Below the pieces are notes generated by a model. The model saw only the letters and a program-made list of their open reading frames with translations, was not told the origin of the DNA and did not search any database. From NCBI RefSeq assembly GCF_006345805.1, contig NW_021826169.1, positions 1 through 14,872 of the forward strand: DNA of 14,872 nucleotides. Direction: 5' to 3'. The stretch comes from Octopus sinensis (taxonomy: Eukaryota). The translations under genes and the position numbers were made by a program. This document shows, piece after piece, positions 1 through 9,079 of the stretch (its first letter is position 1; each line of letters starts with the position of its first letter).

Positions 1-72
1 TGTGTGTGTGTGTGTGTGTGTATGAATCTTTGCACGTTTGCGTATATGTGTCTGTGTGTGTGTGTGTGTGTG
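1..72. repeat. Imperfect (TG)n microsatellite
   Basis: Direct TG runs at 1-20 and ~44-72. Confidence 0.9.
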
Positions 73-338
73 TCTTTGTAGTTGTGTGTGCTTCTGGTTT
101 CAGCAAGTGTAAATAATTATTGATTTCCAAAACACAGGCACAAGACCCGACATCTTTCTTGGTGGTGGTGGTAGTGGGTAGGGTAGTTAAGAGTGCTGGA
201 TGAGATAGGGGTGTAAATGTGGTGTATGGTGATGGTTGCGTGGTGGCGTGATGTGATGGAGGTGATCATACCAAAATCCCGCCTTCTTCCCATCATTATT
301 CGACAGGTAACTCTCTTTGACCGATCGCTTCAATTGTC

Positions 339-503
339 GGCACAAAGCCAGCAGTTTCGGAGGAGGGATTAAGTCGATTATTAAGTCGATTACGCCGACC
401 CCAGTACGTCACTGGTAAATATTTTTATCGAACCCCGAAACGATAAAAGGCAAAGTCGACCTCGGTGGAACTTGAACTCGGGGTGTATAACTGGACGGAA
501 TAT
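339..503 (-). mobile_element. SINE family A copy lacking its head, with an internal 12-bp tandem duplication
   Basis: Shares body GTCGATTA..CGACCCCAGT..GGCAAAGTCGACCTCGG..GAACTC with the other copies; TTAAGTCGATTA is repeated at 369-380 and 381-392. Confidence 0.85.
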
Positions 504-1116
504 CTATTTCTTTACTACCCACACCCACAAGGGGCTAAACACAGAGAGGACAAACAAGGACAAACAAACGGATTAAGTCGATTATATCGACCCCAGTGCG
601 TAAATGGTACTTATTTAGTCGACCCCGAAAGGATGAAAGGCAAAGTCGATCTCGGCGGAATTTGAACTCAGAACGTAGCGGCAGACGAAATACCTATTTC
701 TTTACTACCCACAAGGAGCTAAACACAGAGAGGACAAACAAGGACAGACAAACGGATTAAGTTGATTATATCGACCCCAGTGCGTAACTGGTACTTATTT
801 AATCGACCCCGAAAGGATGAAAGGCAAAGTTCGACCTCGGCGGAATTTGAACTCAGAACGTAGCGGCAGACGAAATACCTATTTCTTTACTACCCACAAG
901 GAAGGAGCTAAACACAGAGAGGACAAACAAGGACAGACAAACGGATTAAGTCGATTATATCGACCCCAGTGCGTAACTGGTACTTATTTAATCGACCCCG
1001 AAAGGATGAAAGGCAAAGTTCGATCTCGGCGGAATTTGAACTCAGAACGTGGCGGCAGACGAAATACGGCAAAGCTTTTCGCCCGGCGTGATAACGTTTC
1101 TGCCAGCTCACCGCTT
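504..1116 (-). mobile_element. Head-to-tail array of three SINE-A units (190, 185, ~189 bp); only the last keeps the tRNA-like head
   Basis: Units start with CTATTTCTTTACTACCC at 504, 694 and 879. The minus strand of 1032-1116 has an A box (TGGCAGAAACG) and a B box (GTTCAAATTCC). Confidence 0.92.
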
Positions 1117-1130
1117 TAATAATAATGGGT

Positions 1131-1325
1131 TCAAATTTTTGACAGAAGCAATTTCAGAGGAGGGGGTTAAGTCGGTTACATCGACCCCCAAAGTTTACTT
1201 GATATTTATTTTGTCGACCCCGAAAGATAAAAGGCAAAGTCAACGTCGGCGGAATTTCAACTCAGGATACAAAGACAGAAGAAATGCCGCGAGGCAATTT
1301 TCCCTGCATTCTAACGATTCTAACG
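1131..1325 (-). mobile_element. Diverged SINE-A copy
   Basis: ATCGACCCC, GTCGACCCCGAAAG, GGCAAAGTCAAC and degenerate B-box motifs occur in the same order as in the array. Confidence 0.8.
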
Positions 1326-1335
1326 GGAATGATGA

Positions 1336-2013
1336 TAATCCTTTCTATTATAGGCACAAAGCCTGAAATATAAGGGAGAAGCACAGTTTACTACATCGAC
1401 CCCAGTGCTCTATTGGTGCTTACTTTATCGACCCCCAAAAAATGAAAGGCAAAGTCAATCTCGGCGGTATTTGAACTCAGAACGTAAAGACGGATGAAAT
1501 GCTGTTAGGCGTTTTGCTCGGCATGCTAACGGTTCTGCCAGCTCGCCGCTTTAATCCAGAATAGTAAAAATTCCTATTTCAAATTTTGGCACAAGACCAG
1601 CTATTTCAGTGGGCGGGTGCTTGTCTATTACATCAACCCCAGGGGGCATTATTTCATCGACTCTGAAAGGATGAAGGGTAAAAATGATCTCGGCGGTATT
1701 TGAACTCAGAACGTAAAAACGGATGAAACGCTGCTGGGTATTTTGCCCGGCGTGCTAACGGTTCTGCCAGCTCGCCGCTTTAACCCAGAACAGTAAAAAT
1801 TCCTATTTCAAGTTTTGGCACAAGACCAGCTATTTTAGTGGGCGGGTGCTAGTCTATTACATCAACCCCAGGGGACTTTATTTCATCGACTCTGAAAGGA
1901 TAAAGGGTAAAAATGACCTCGGTGGCATTTGAACTCAGAACGTAAAGAGTCAGCAGTAATTGCTCCAAAGTAAATTCTGCGATTCGTTTTGGATTTTGCG
2001 AGCACGCTGCCTT
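1336..2013 (-). mobile_element. Three consecutive SINE-A copies (~1336-1551, ~1578-1781, ~1807-2013), including a 229-bp tandem duplication
   Basis: GGTTCTGCCAGCTCGCCGCTTTAA at 1531 and 1760; GGCACAAGACCAGC at 1588 and 1817 (period 229, non-SINE spacer included). Confidence 0.88.
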
Positions 2014-2041
2014 AATAATGACAATAATCCTTTCTGCTATA

Positions 2042-2358
2042 CTCCGCCGGTTACGACGACGAGGGTCCCAGCTGATACGATCAACGGAACAGCTTGCTCG
2101 TGAAATTAACGTGCAAATGGCTGAGCATTCCACAGACACGTGTACCCTTAACGTAGTTCTCGGGGATAATCAGCGTGACACAGAGAGTGACAAGGCTGAC
2201 CCTTTGAAATACAAGTACAACTCATTTTTGCCAGCTGAGTGGACTGGAGCAACGTGAAATAAAGTGTCTTGCTCAAGGACACAACGCGTCGCCGGGAATC
2301 GAACTCACAACCTTACGATCATGAGCCGAATGCCCTAACCACTAAGCCACGCGCCCTC
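2042..2358 (-). mobile_element. Full-length tRNA-derived SINE family B with a CORE-like central block and a 13-bp TSD
   Basis: Minus strand has A box TGGCTTAGTGG, B box GTTCGATTCC and TGTGTCCTTGAGCAAGACACTT. TSD CCTTTCTGCTATA at 2029-2041 and 2359-2371, within the tail of a SINE-A remnant (~2020-2420). Confidence 0.92.
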
Positions 2359-3042
2359 CCTTTCTGCTATAAGCGCAAGTCGACTACATCTACCCCAATA
2401 CTCAACTGGTCTATTTATTACGTAGTATTACATTTAAATAAATAAGTTTAATATTAATTGATATTTTGGTCAATTATATAATTGAGTAAAATATATATAT
2501 TAATAATATAATAATATATATAACATATTAATATATATATATTAATAATATAGTTAGTTTATATAATAGGTGTGTATATATTTGAACCATTTCCTATTTT
2601 TAATTCTAATATTTATAGCTTGTACTAGCATTATGTATATTACTTAACAATATGTTTTTTAATATAAATTACTTAAGGAGTATAAGATTTTATTTAGATG
2701 TTTATTAAATAAATAAATTAGTTAATAGTTCAATTTAATATATATAGATTAAATTATAGTATTTAGTTTTCACTTAATGTATATTTTGTATTATATATAT
2801 ATATGTTTTGAATATTTTAATTAATTGTATTTTATTTCCTAATAATAATGATATATTAGAGTTTATTATTTTTTTCATATATATGTTAAAATTTTATTTT
2901 TATAGATATAATAAATATTTATACCTTTTATTCTATTTTTTTATTTACACAAGAATATATTCGTTAAGATATTTCATATTTTATATGATTATATACGTAT
3001 ATTTATTAATTTATCTAATTAATTATTTTTTCTTTTTATCTT

Positions 3043-3126
3043 TAACCTGAAGAGTGACTATATTTATATTGAAGTGATTTTACTATTATCATTTCTTAAT
3101 ATATAGTCACGAAACATGTGTAGTTA
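3043..3126 (+). ncRNA. Type I hammerhead ribozyme-like motif with canonical core and long stem II
   Basis: Stem I TAAC(3043-46)/GTTA(3123-26); CTGAAGA 3047-53; stem II GTGACTATAT(3054-63)/ATATAGTCAC(3101-10) plus inner GAAGTGAT/ATCATTTC; GAAA 3111-14; stem III ACATGTGT; GUA site, cleavage after 3122. Confidence 0.65.
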
Positions 3127-3275
3127 TTCTATCAAATATATACGTTTTATTTATTATTTTGTACATTACTTAATCATTGGTATATGTTTTATCTTATATT
3201 TAATATTTCTATAAGATGCAATTTTTCTAAATGGTATAATTTAGTTTTTCATTATTGAATTGATAAAAGGTGTTT

Positions 3276-3284
<9 letters not shown>

Positions 3285-3321
<37 letters not shown>

Positions 3322-3404
3322 AATATATATATATATTATTTGTGAAATTTGATTTAGTATTTCTATATTGAATTTTCCCTGTAAGTTTGGAATAATATGC
3401 CCTC

Positions 3405-3457
<53 letters not shown>

Positions 3458-3459
3458 TA

Positions 3460-3495
<36 letters not shown>

Positions 3496-3554
3496 TATAT
3501 GTATGTATGTATGTATGTTTATATATGTATGTATATATATGCATATGTATGTAT
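3285..3554. repeat. Compound (TA)n / (ATGT)n microsatellite
   Basis: TA runs at ~3285-3335 and ~3405-3468, then ATGT units to 3554. Confidence 0.92.
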
Positions 3555-3966
3555 GATCTTTCTTTGAGTTTAACTTAAGTTCTCCTTGGGAGAGTTCTAG
3601 CCGGTCGCTAACAAAGCGATAAGACGTTTTGAGTTAAGGGAGTTCCTGGTGTTTGTAAATGTGTCTTTGAGTTGGTGTATTTGTTGAACTGTCGGTGCAT
3701 CTATTCACATAAGAATCTGAGGTGAAGAATTTTTGGTATGTCTTACAAATCTTCACTGCACCACAAATAGTTTGGATTTGAAGAATCCGCGTAAGTTTAT
3801 TTTTCTCTTTTTCCGTGAAACAAAGTATTTCTAGATATTTTGTGCAAATTTCTTAGTACATAATCTAATGCATTTATGATAGATACAAATAAAAATTCAT
3901 AGCCAGGACACAAGAGTTTTAAGTTCCGCGTTAATTCGCTTTAATGTTCTCTTTTTGCCTGGACAT
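3555..3966 (-). mobile_element. 3' fragment of a non-LTR retrotransposon with a restriction-like endonuclease (RLE) C-terminus, followed by 3' UTR
   Basis: Manual minus-strand translation with stops and frameshifts: RQKENI..SELTRNLKLLCPGYEFLFVSIINALDYVLRNLH/KYLEILCFTEKEKNKLTRILQIQTICGAVKICKTYQKF. This resembles the RLE-terminal pattern K..KY..L...PIxxGALGxVP..L..L. The element runs into (CATA)n. Confidence 0.6.
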
Positions 3967-4086
3967 TGTATGTATGTATGTATGTATGTATGTATGTATG
4001 TATGTATGTATGTATGCATGTATGTATGTATTATGTATGTATGTATGTTTGTATGTATGCATGTATTATGTATGTATGTATGTATG
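3967..4086. repeat. (TGTA)n microsatellite
   Basis: Direct reading; source of the spurious (MYVC)n ORF. Confidence 0.95.
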
Positions 4087-4479
4087 TTTATCGTTTTTAT
4101 TTAGTTTGTAAGATTCTTGATGTGAACTTGTGTATCGAATCAGATTTTGTTGCCTCTAGGGAGGGTCATTACGCAAATAATAAGCACACGCACTGGTTCA
4201 GTTTTACATGTATATCATTAGTCAATTGGTTGGTCAGTTAAGCAACCGACTTTTTGCACTGGATAATGAAATCTGGTAACGAGTAAATTGCCCTTGAGTA
4301 ATTTGCAAACTGTTCCTCATCTGGTTTGTGTTCCGCCAGCTTTTTATAGATCATTAGCATTGTCCGGGGAAAGACACCCTAGCATCACTTCATCATGAAG
4401 GCACAAAACAAAAAAGCAGTTTTGTACTGGTTCAAATTGGAGTTGGATTAGGTACCGAGGGCAGCTTTCGGAGGGTTTA

Positions 4480-4965
4480 GGGGCCATCATGAATCATGGA
4501 CATCTACTGCCTGCAGATTCTAGCCAATTAGGTGTGGCCAGGTCACAAGTCACTTGCTTCACTGGATGCGTGGAGCCTACGGATACAAGGAGCATGGACT
4601 GCGGATGGCAAATGCTGCACCAGGCACAACAATAAGGCTAAATAAGCGAACGCACAGACTAAGATGCTGGAATGTACAGACAACCTCTGGACTGTTAGAT
4701 AAGTACCTGACAATCAGTGACACACGAAAGACTGCTGTAATTAATAACGAAGAAATGAAATTTCAGGTGGGTATCACATTACAAAAGACTTGTCTCCCAG
4801 AATGAGAATCTCTACATGACTGGGATTTTGCCTTTTTCTGGTGAGGAACGGGATTAGACGAGACTGAAGAGAATGGTGTTGGCTTTGCTGCGAAAAATTC
4901 ACTGTTGAAGATGGTGGAGCCCAGTGAGAGGGACTGAGCAGGTTTTCTCACTTTGACTCCATACA
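4480..4965 (+). pseudogene. Decayed 5' end of an RTE-clade LINE (apurinic endonuclease N-terminus); left boundary approximate
   Basis: RLRCWNVQTT..ISDTRKTAVINNEEMKFQVGITLQKTCLPE* continues in frame as ..FAFFW*G..EENGVGFAAKNSLLKMVEP, matching APE motifs WNVRT, LQETRLP, FFWxG and GVGFA; premature stops present. Confidence 0.85.
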
Positions 4966-5681
4966 TACAATGAATCTGTCAAAGTTGTCATTGATAAAAC
5001 TATTCAACAATGAACCTATAATTAAATTACGATGTCATTAGAGTAGGAGTACACAGTTTATGTTGAGTCAAAATCCGAGATTAAAGGCTAAAACAATAAA
5101 AATAAGATAAATATTTCTATATCGGGTAAACTTACTTTAAAAACCTTCAAAAAATGTTTTTATTAAAATTTCCAAAAATTATGAAAAAAGCATGAAAGGA
5201 TATAAGAAGGTATAAAAATGTCACACATATATACATAAAAATGTTATTCACACACACATAAAATTTTATAGAATTTATGAAAAACATAGAGCAAATATAA
5301 ATATAAATATAAATATGAATATAAATACCCTATTGTATTGTATACCATGAGTTTTATGAAGAGAACTTGTAACCTCTCCCCAATCCATAGAAATTACACC
5401 AGTATATATGTAGGTATACAGATATATAGTATAAGATAAAAGAATAAATAAAATAAAATAAAAATAAAAGACAAAAATTTTGTATAAAATTCCAATAAAG
5501 AATTTATAAAATGAAAAAAATAAAAATAAAGATAAAAATTTTACATTGCGAATGCCATAAAAAGTATAAAGGATATAAAAAGCGATAAAAAAATAAAAAA
5601 AATAAGAATAAGTCAAGGTACGCATAACAAACGCTAATTAAAAGATAAACAAAATAAGATTGGAAATGGTTTTATAAAAAA

Positions 5682-6722
5682 CTAGCATTAAAGACCCGTC
5701 GTTGCCGGGTCATAGTGCTAGTGCATGTATATATGTGTATATATATGTGTACATATTACATGTACATCTATATATATACATCTGCACATAAAATGCAAAA
5801 TACAAAGTTATATCTTGATATCGCTAGTGATAACAATACTCAAAATATATAACAGACTGGAATTGTTAGCCCGTCTCTTGTAATTTCGATCAATTGTATC
5901 TTGTCCTCCCTCTTGTATAGAAGTGTGGCTACAATCCAGCCTACCTCTACTTCTGGACCGGGGTGGGGGGCATTAAAATTTTTTTCCGGGACGTCCTACG
6001 TCCCAGATATAAAGGTAATAATAAAATATTTCCACTTTGCAAGTTCGAGTCGAGTACTCCCTTGCACGATCCGTTGACTCGAACCTTGCTTCTATTGTGG
6101 CCAATTTACCGCCACTGATTAGATATCTTTCATAGTCGCACCAAGACACTTTTCGAAGGTGCTTTCCTCCATGTGTTCAAATCTTCTTTTTTCTCTACAT
6201 TGTATACTTTATAGACAATAGTCTTTTCTTTAATTTAATTTTTTATTATCCATCTGGACTATTCCATTTAAATTTATTCCCATTCATGTGAAACCACTTA
6301 TTCAAGTTCAAATCATTTATGCAATTTTATACCAATTGCTATTTTTACTTTTGTATGTAACGATTATATTATACTTTAGTTTGATTTTAATTATTACTTA
6401 CTACATATAATTCAATTGTTATTATTATTTTTATTGTTAAAGTGAAAGCATATGACATAAAATAGAGAAATATTTTTGTTTCACTTTTAACACGTAATAC
6501 TGAAATAGTGGAGAAGATATGATATTGCTATGGGCTCGCTCTAGGCAAGAAGTTGAACATTTTTTTTTTTTGCCCATGAAACTACAATGGACCCTAAGTA
6601 AGGCATGTGTAAAATTTGAATGAATTTGGTTGTGTAGTTCTCAAGTTTTAGGGAAACACACAGACAGACAGACAGACACACAGACAGACAGACACACATT
6701 CTCAGTTTTATATATATAAAGA
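5682..6722 (-). mobile_element. Probable non-autonomous Helitron
   Basis: Minus strand begins A|TCTTTATATATATAAAA followed by a (TCTG)n tract (6655-6697) and ends with hairpin GACCCG/CGGGTC plus CTAG|T at 5682, fitting the TC...CTRR and A|T target rule. Interior continuity is unverified. Confidence 0.55.
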
Positions 6723-7113
6723 TGTATAACATATGTTATTATAGACACAGTTATGTGTAGAATAATAACAGTTCACTGGGGGCATACAATATACTTAAGG
6801 GAGGCGTAAGATCTGGTAATCCATTTCAAATATACATATTATAAATAATAGGGAAGAAAATCCTAGAACCGGAAGGGAATTGATGTGATATAAATATGGG
6901 TGGAACGCAGATTAAAAAGGTAGGGATTATAAGAGAGCATTATTACGTATATTTCTATACAACAGAGGCTAAGTTATGAATAAATTTCTCTAAATTCTTT
7001 CTGCCACAAAAATAGCACAGCAAAGGGAAACAATGTAAATATTTTAGTCTCTAGGTACTGATGAATATTTGTTAAAAAATAATGGTTTATCCTTTATGTT
7101 GGAAATTTATATA

Positions 7114-7211
7114 GTCGCCTGCTTCTGAGGAGAGCGGTTTATTTCAAATTGATGTAATATTTACATTGATCGATTAAATGGAGCCGCTTGAAACGGCCGT
7201 AATGCAGTGAT
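7114..7211 (+). ncRNA. Type I hammerhead ribozyme-like motif with canonical core and long stem II (slightly decayed)
   Basis: Stem I GTCGCCTGCTT/ATGCAGTGAT (one mismatch, one bulge); CTGAGGA 7125-31; stem II GAGCGG(7132-37)/CCGCTT(7184-89) plus inner ATGTAA/TTACAT; GAAA 7190-93; palindromic ACGGCCGT; GUA site, cleavage after 7201. Confidence 0.7.
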
Positions 7212-7587
7212 GTGATATAATGCAATATAATGTAATGTAATATAATATAACGTATAATATGGTATAGTATATATATAAAATTATATGATATAATATGAAA
7301 GCGATATCATGTTATAATATAAACAGAATTGTTAAAAATTTATGCGTGTATGCGTATTGAAATGAATATATTTTCTTTTCTCTGATATCATTATGTTGAT
7401 GTTAGATAAATGTATATCTATACATAAATATATTGATAAATATGTTTGCATGATTTTTCAGTTATTCATAATTTATAACATTGTTGTTGCGAATTTATTT
7501 AGGTCTAACTCTCTCGTAATTGCATAGGAAAGACGCTATTTTCTGAGAAAAGACAACAACAATAATATTAGTAATAGTCCTTTCTGT

Positions 7588-7895
7588 GGAGGCGCAATGG
7601 CCCAGTGGTTAGGGCAGCGGTCGGAGGATCGCGGTTTCGATTCCCAGACCGGGCGTTGTGTATGTTTATTGTGCGAAAACACCTAAAGCTCCACGAGGCT
7701 CCGGCAGTGGGTGGTGGCGACCCCTGTTGTGCTCTTTCGCCCCAACTTTCTCTCACTCTCTCTTCCTGTTTCTTGAGTAACGCTGCGATGGACTGGCGTC
7801 CCGTCCAGCTGGAGGGAACACATACGCCACAGAAACCGGGAAACCGGGACCATGAGCCTGGCTAGGCTTGGAAAGGGGGCATAAAAATAATAAAT
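7588..7895 (+). mobile_element. tRNA-derived SINE family C with a Meta-SINE-like central domain
   Basis: A box TGGCCCAGTGG, B box GTTTCGATTCC; body GCGATGGACTGGCGTCCCGTCCAG...ACAGAAACCGGG resembles the Meta domain as recalled; A-rich tail. Confidence 0.8.
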
Positions 7896-7904
7896 AGTTA
7901 TTTT

Positions 7905-8095
7905 TAATTTTGGAACAAGGCCTGAATTTTTTTTTTTTTTTTTTGGTGTGGAGGTTGGCAAGTCGATTACAGTGTCGCACTGGTACTTATTTTATCGACC
8001 TTCGAAAAGCTAAAGGACAAAGTTGACCTGGCGGAATTCGAACTCAGAACGTGATGCATCGTAAGAAATGCCGCTAAGTATTTTACAGCTGAACT
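7905..8095 (-). mobile_element. Diverged SINE-A copy
   Basis: CTGGTACTTATTTTATCGACC, GGCGGAATTCGAACTCAGAACG (B box on minus strand), GAAATGCCGCTAAG. Confidence 0.82.
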
Positions 8096-8118
8096 CCCAT
8101 GTTCCAGCGTGCAGCATG

Positions 8119-8437
8119 AAGGCGCGTGGCTAAGTGGTGAAGGTATTTGACACACGATCGTAAGGTGGTGAGTTCGAGCCCTGGCGGCGACTTGTGTCCT
8201 TGAGTGGACCACTTTATTTCACATTGGTTCAGTCCACTCAGCTAGCAAAGATGAGTAGCACCTCTGTATTTCAAAGGGCCTTATCACGTTCTGTGTTACG
8301 CTGAACATGCCAGAAAGCTAACTACGTTAAGGGTACGCATGTCTGTAGAGTGCTCAGCCACTTGTATGTTAATTCCACGAGCAGGCTGTTCTGATGATCG
8401 GATCAACTGAAACACTCATCACCGCAAACGACGGAGT
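8119..8437 (+). mobile_element. SINE family B copy (inverse orientation to 2042-2358)
   Basis: GGCGCGTGGCTAAGTGG head, GTTCGAGCCC B box, TGTGTCCTTGAG; colinear with the 2042-2358 copy through AACTACGTTAAGGGTAC to GACGGAG. Confidence 0.88.
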
Positions 8438-8552
8438 ATCACTGTCCGATTGGGATCTAGAGCCGTGTTAGTATATTACATCAGTTTTGCTTTGCGACGG
8501 TGATTGGCTTGTTTCTGCTACTAATTTAAGTATTTCATTTGTTATGTTGAGC

Positions 8553-8724
8553 ACAAGGAGGTGTTGAAAAGTTCCTGGCTTTGGATTAAAAAAGAGGAGG
8601 ATAAGTTAATTATGATTTTATTCAACATTTTTCTAAGCCTTGTAAAAAAACTCAGAAAGTTGGGCCTCCAACTAGGTATTTCGCAATACCCTTAAAGCCA
8701 GGAACTTTTCAGTACCCCCTCATA
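8553..8724 (+). mobile_element. Mariner-like MITE, internally deleted copy
   Basis: TIRs GGTGTTGAAAAGTTCCTGGCTTT / AAAGCCAGGAACTTTTCAGTACC; ends in TA. Confidence 0.82.
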
Positions 8725-8744
8725 TGTGTGTATATATGTATATA

Positions 8745-8916
8745 TATATATTTACACAGCAAAAGACGAAGACAGGTGGTGTAGACAATAAACTGATGTA
8801 TTAGGTTAACGCTCGGAAAGCGAAAAAGTCTTTAACGTTTCGAGCCTACGCTCTTCCACAGAAAGGAATACAGAAAGAAACAGGGCGAGAAAATGAAGAA
8901 TGTGTAGTGGCTAGCG
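8745..8916 (-). mobile_element. Short dispersed repeat carrying a hammerhead-like motif (possible Penelope pLTR remnant)
   Basis: Homologous to 10880-11009, 12352-12480 and 14846-14872 (AAAGACGAAG.CAGGTGG...AAGTCTTTAACGTTTCGAGCCTACGCTCTT). Confidence 0.6.
8830..8865 (-). ncRNA. Minimal hammerhead-like motif, A6U core variant
   Basis: Minus strand reads CTTT-CTGTGGA-A-GAGC(GTAG)GCTC-GAAA-CGT-T-AAAG: 4-bp stem I, 4-bp stem II, palindromic ACGT stem III. Confidence 0.5.

Positions 8917-9079
<163 letters not shown>

Noticed and set aside
504-1116. CRISPR-like array, or coding ORFs 465-665, 817-1119, 908-1111
   Set aside because: Units are whole ~187-bp SINE bodies with no unique spacers; the ORFs just translate the repeat.
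2290-2358. tRNA genes at SINE heads (also 7591-7660, 12801-12890, 14440-14503)
   Set aside because: A and B boxes are present but they continue into SINE bodies and lack complete cloverleaves.
2945-3122. Alternative type III fold of the 3043 hammerhead using GTTAAGATA (2963-2971) as stem I
   Set aside because: It gives a longer stem I, but stem III has a C-U mismatch next to the core; the type I fold fits better.
2420-3290. Mitochondrial insertion (control region or rRNA) and ORF 2808-3050
   Set aside because: Very AT-rich, but I found no recognisable mitochondrial tRNA, rRNA or protein motif; the ORF is an F/I/Y/L compositional artefact.
4864-4895. CTGAAGA...GAAA hammerhead candidate
   Set aside because: No stem II beyond one pair; lies within the RTE endonuclease coding remnant.
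5275-5625. 116-aa hydrophobic ORF as a membrane protein
   Set aside because: Reverse translation of an A-rich low-complexity strand.
7058-7064. CTGATGA core
   Set aside because: No stem II and GAAA downstream.
8391-8413. CTGATGA...GAAAC in SINE-B
   Set aside because: No closing stem II pair, and the motif is absent from the homologous 2042-2358 copy.
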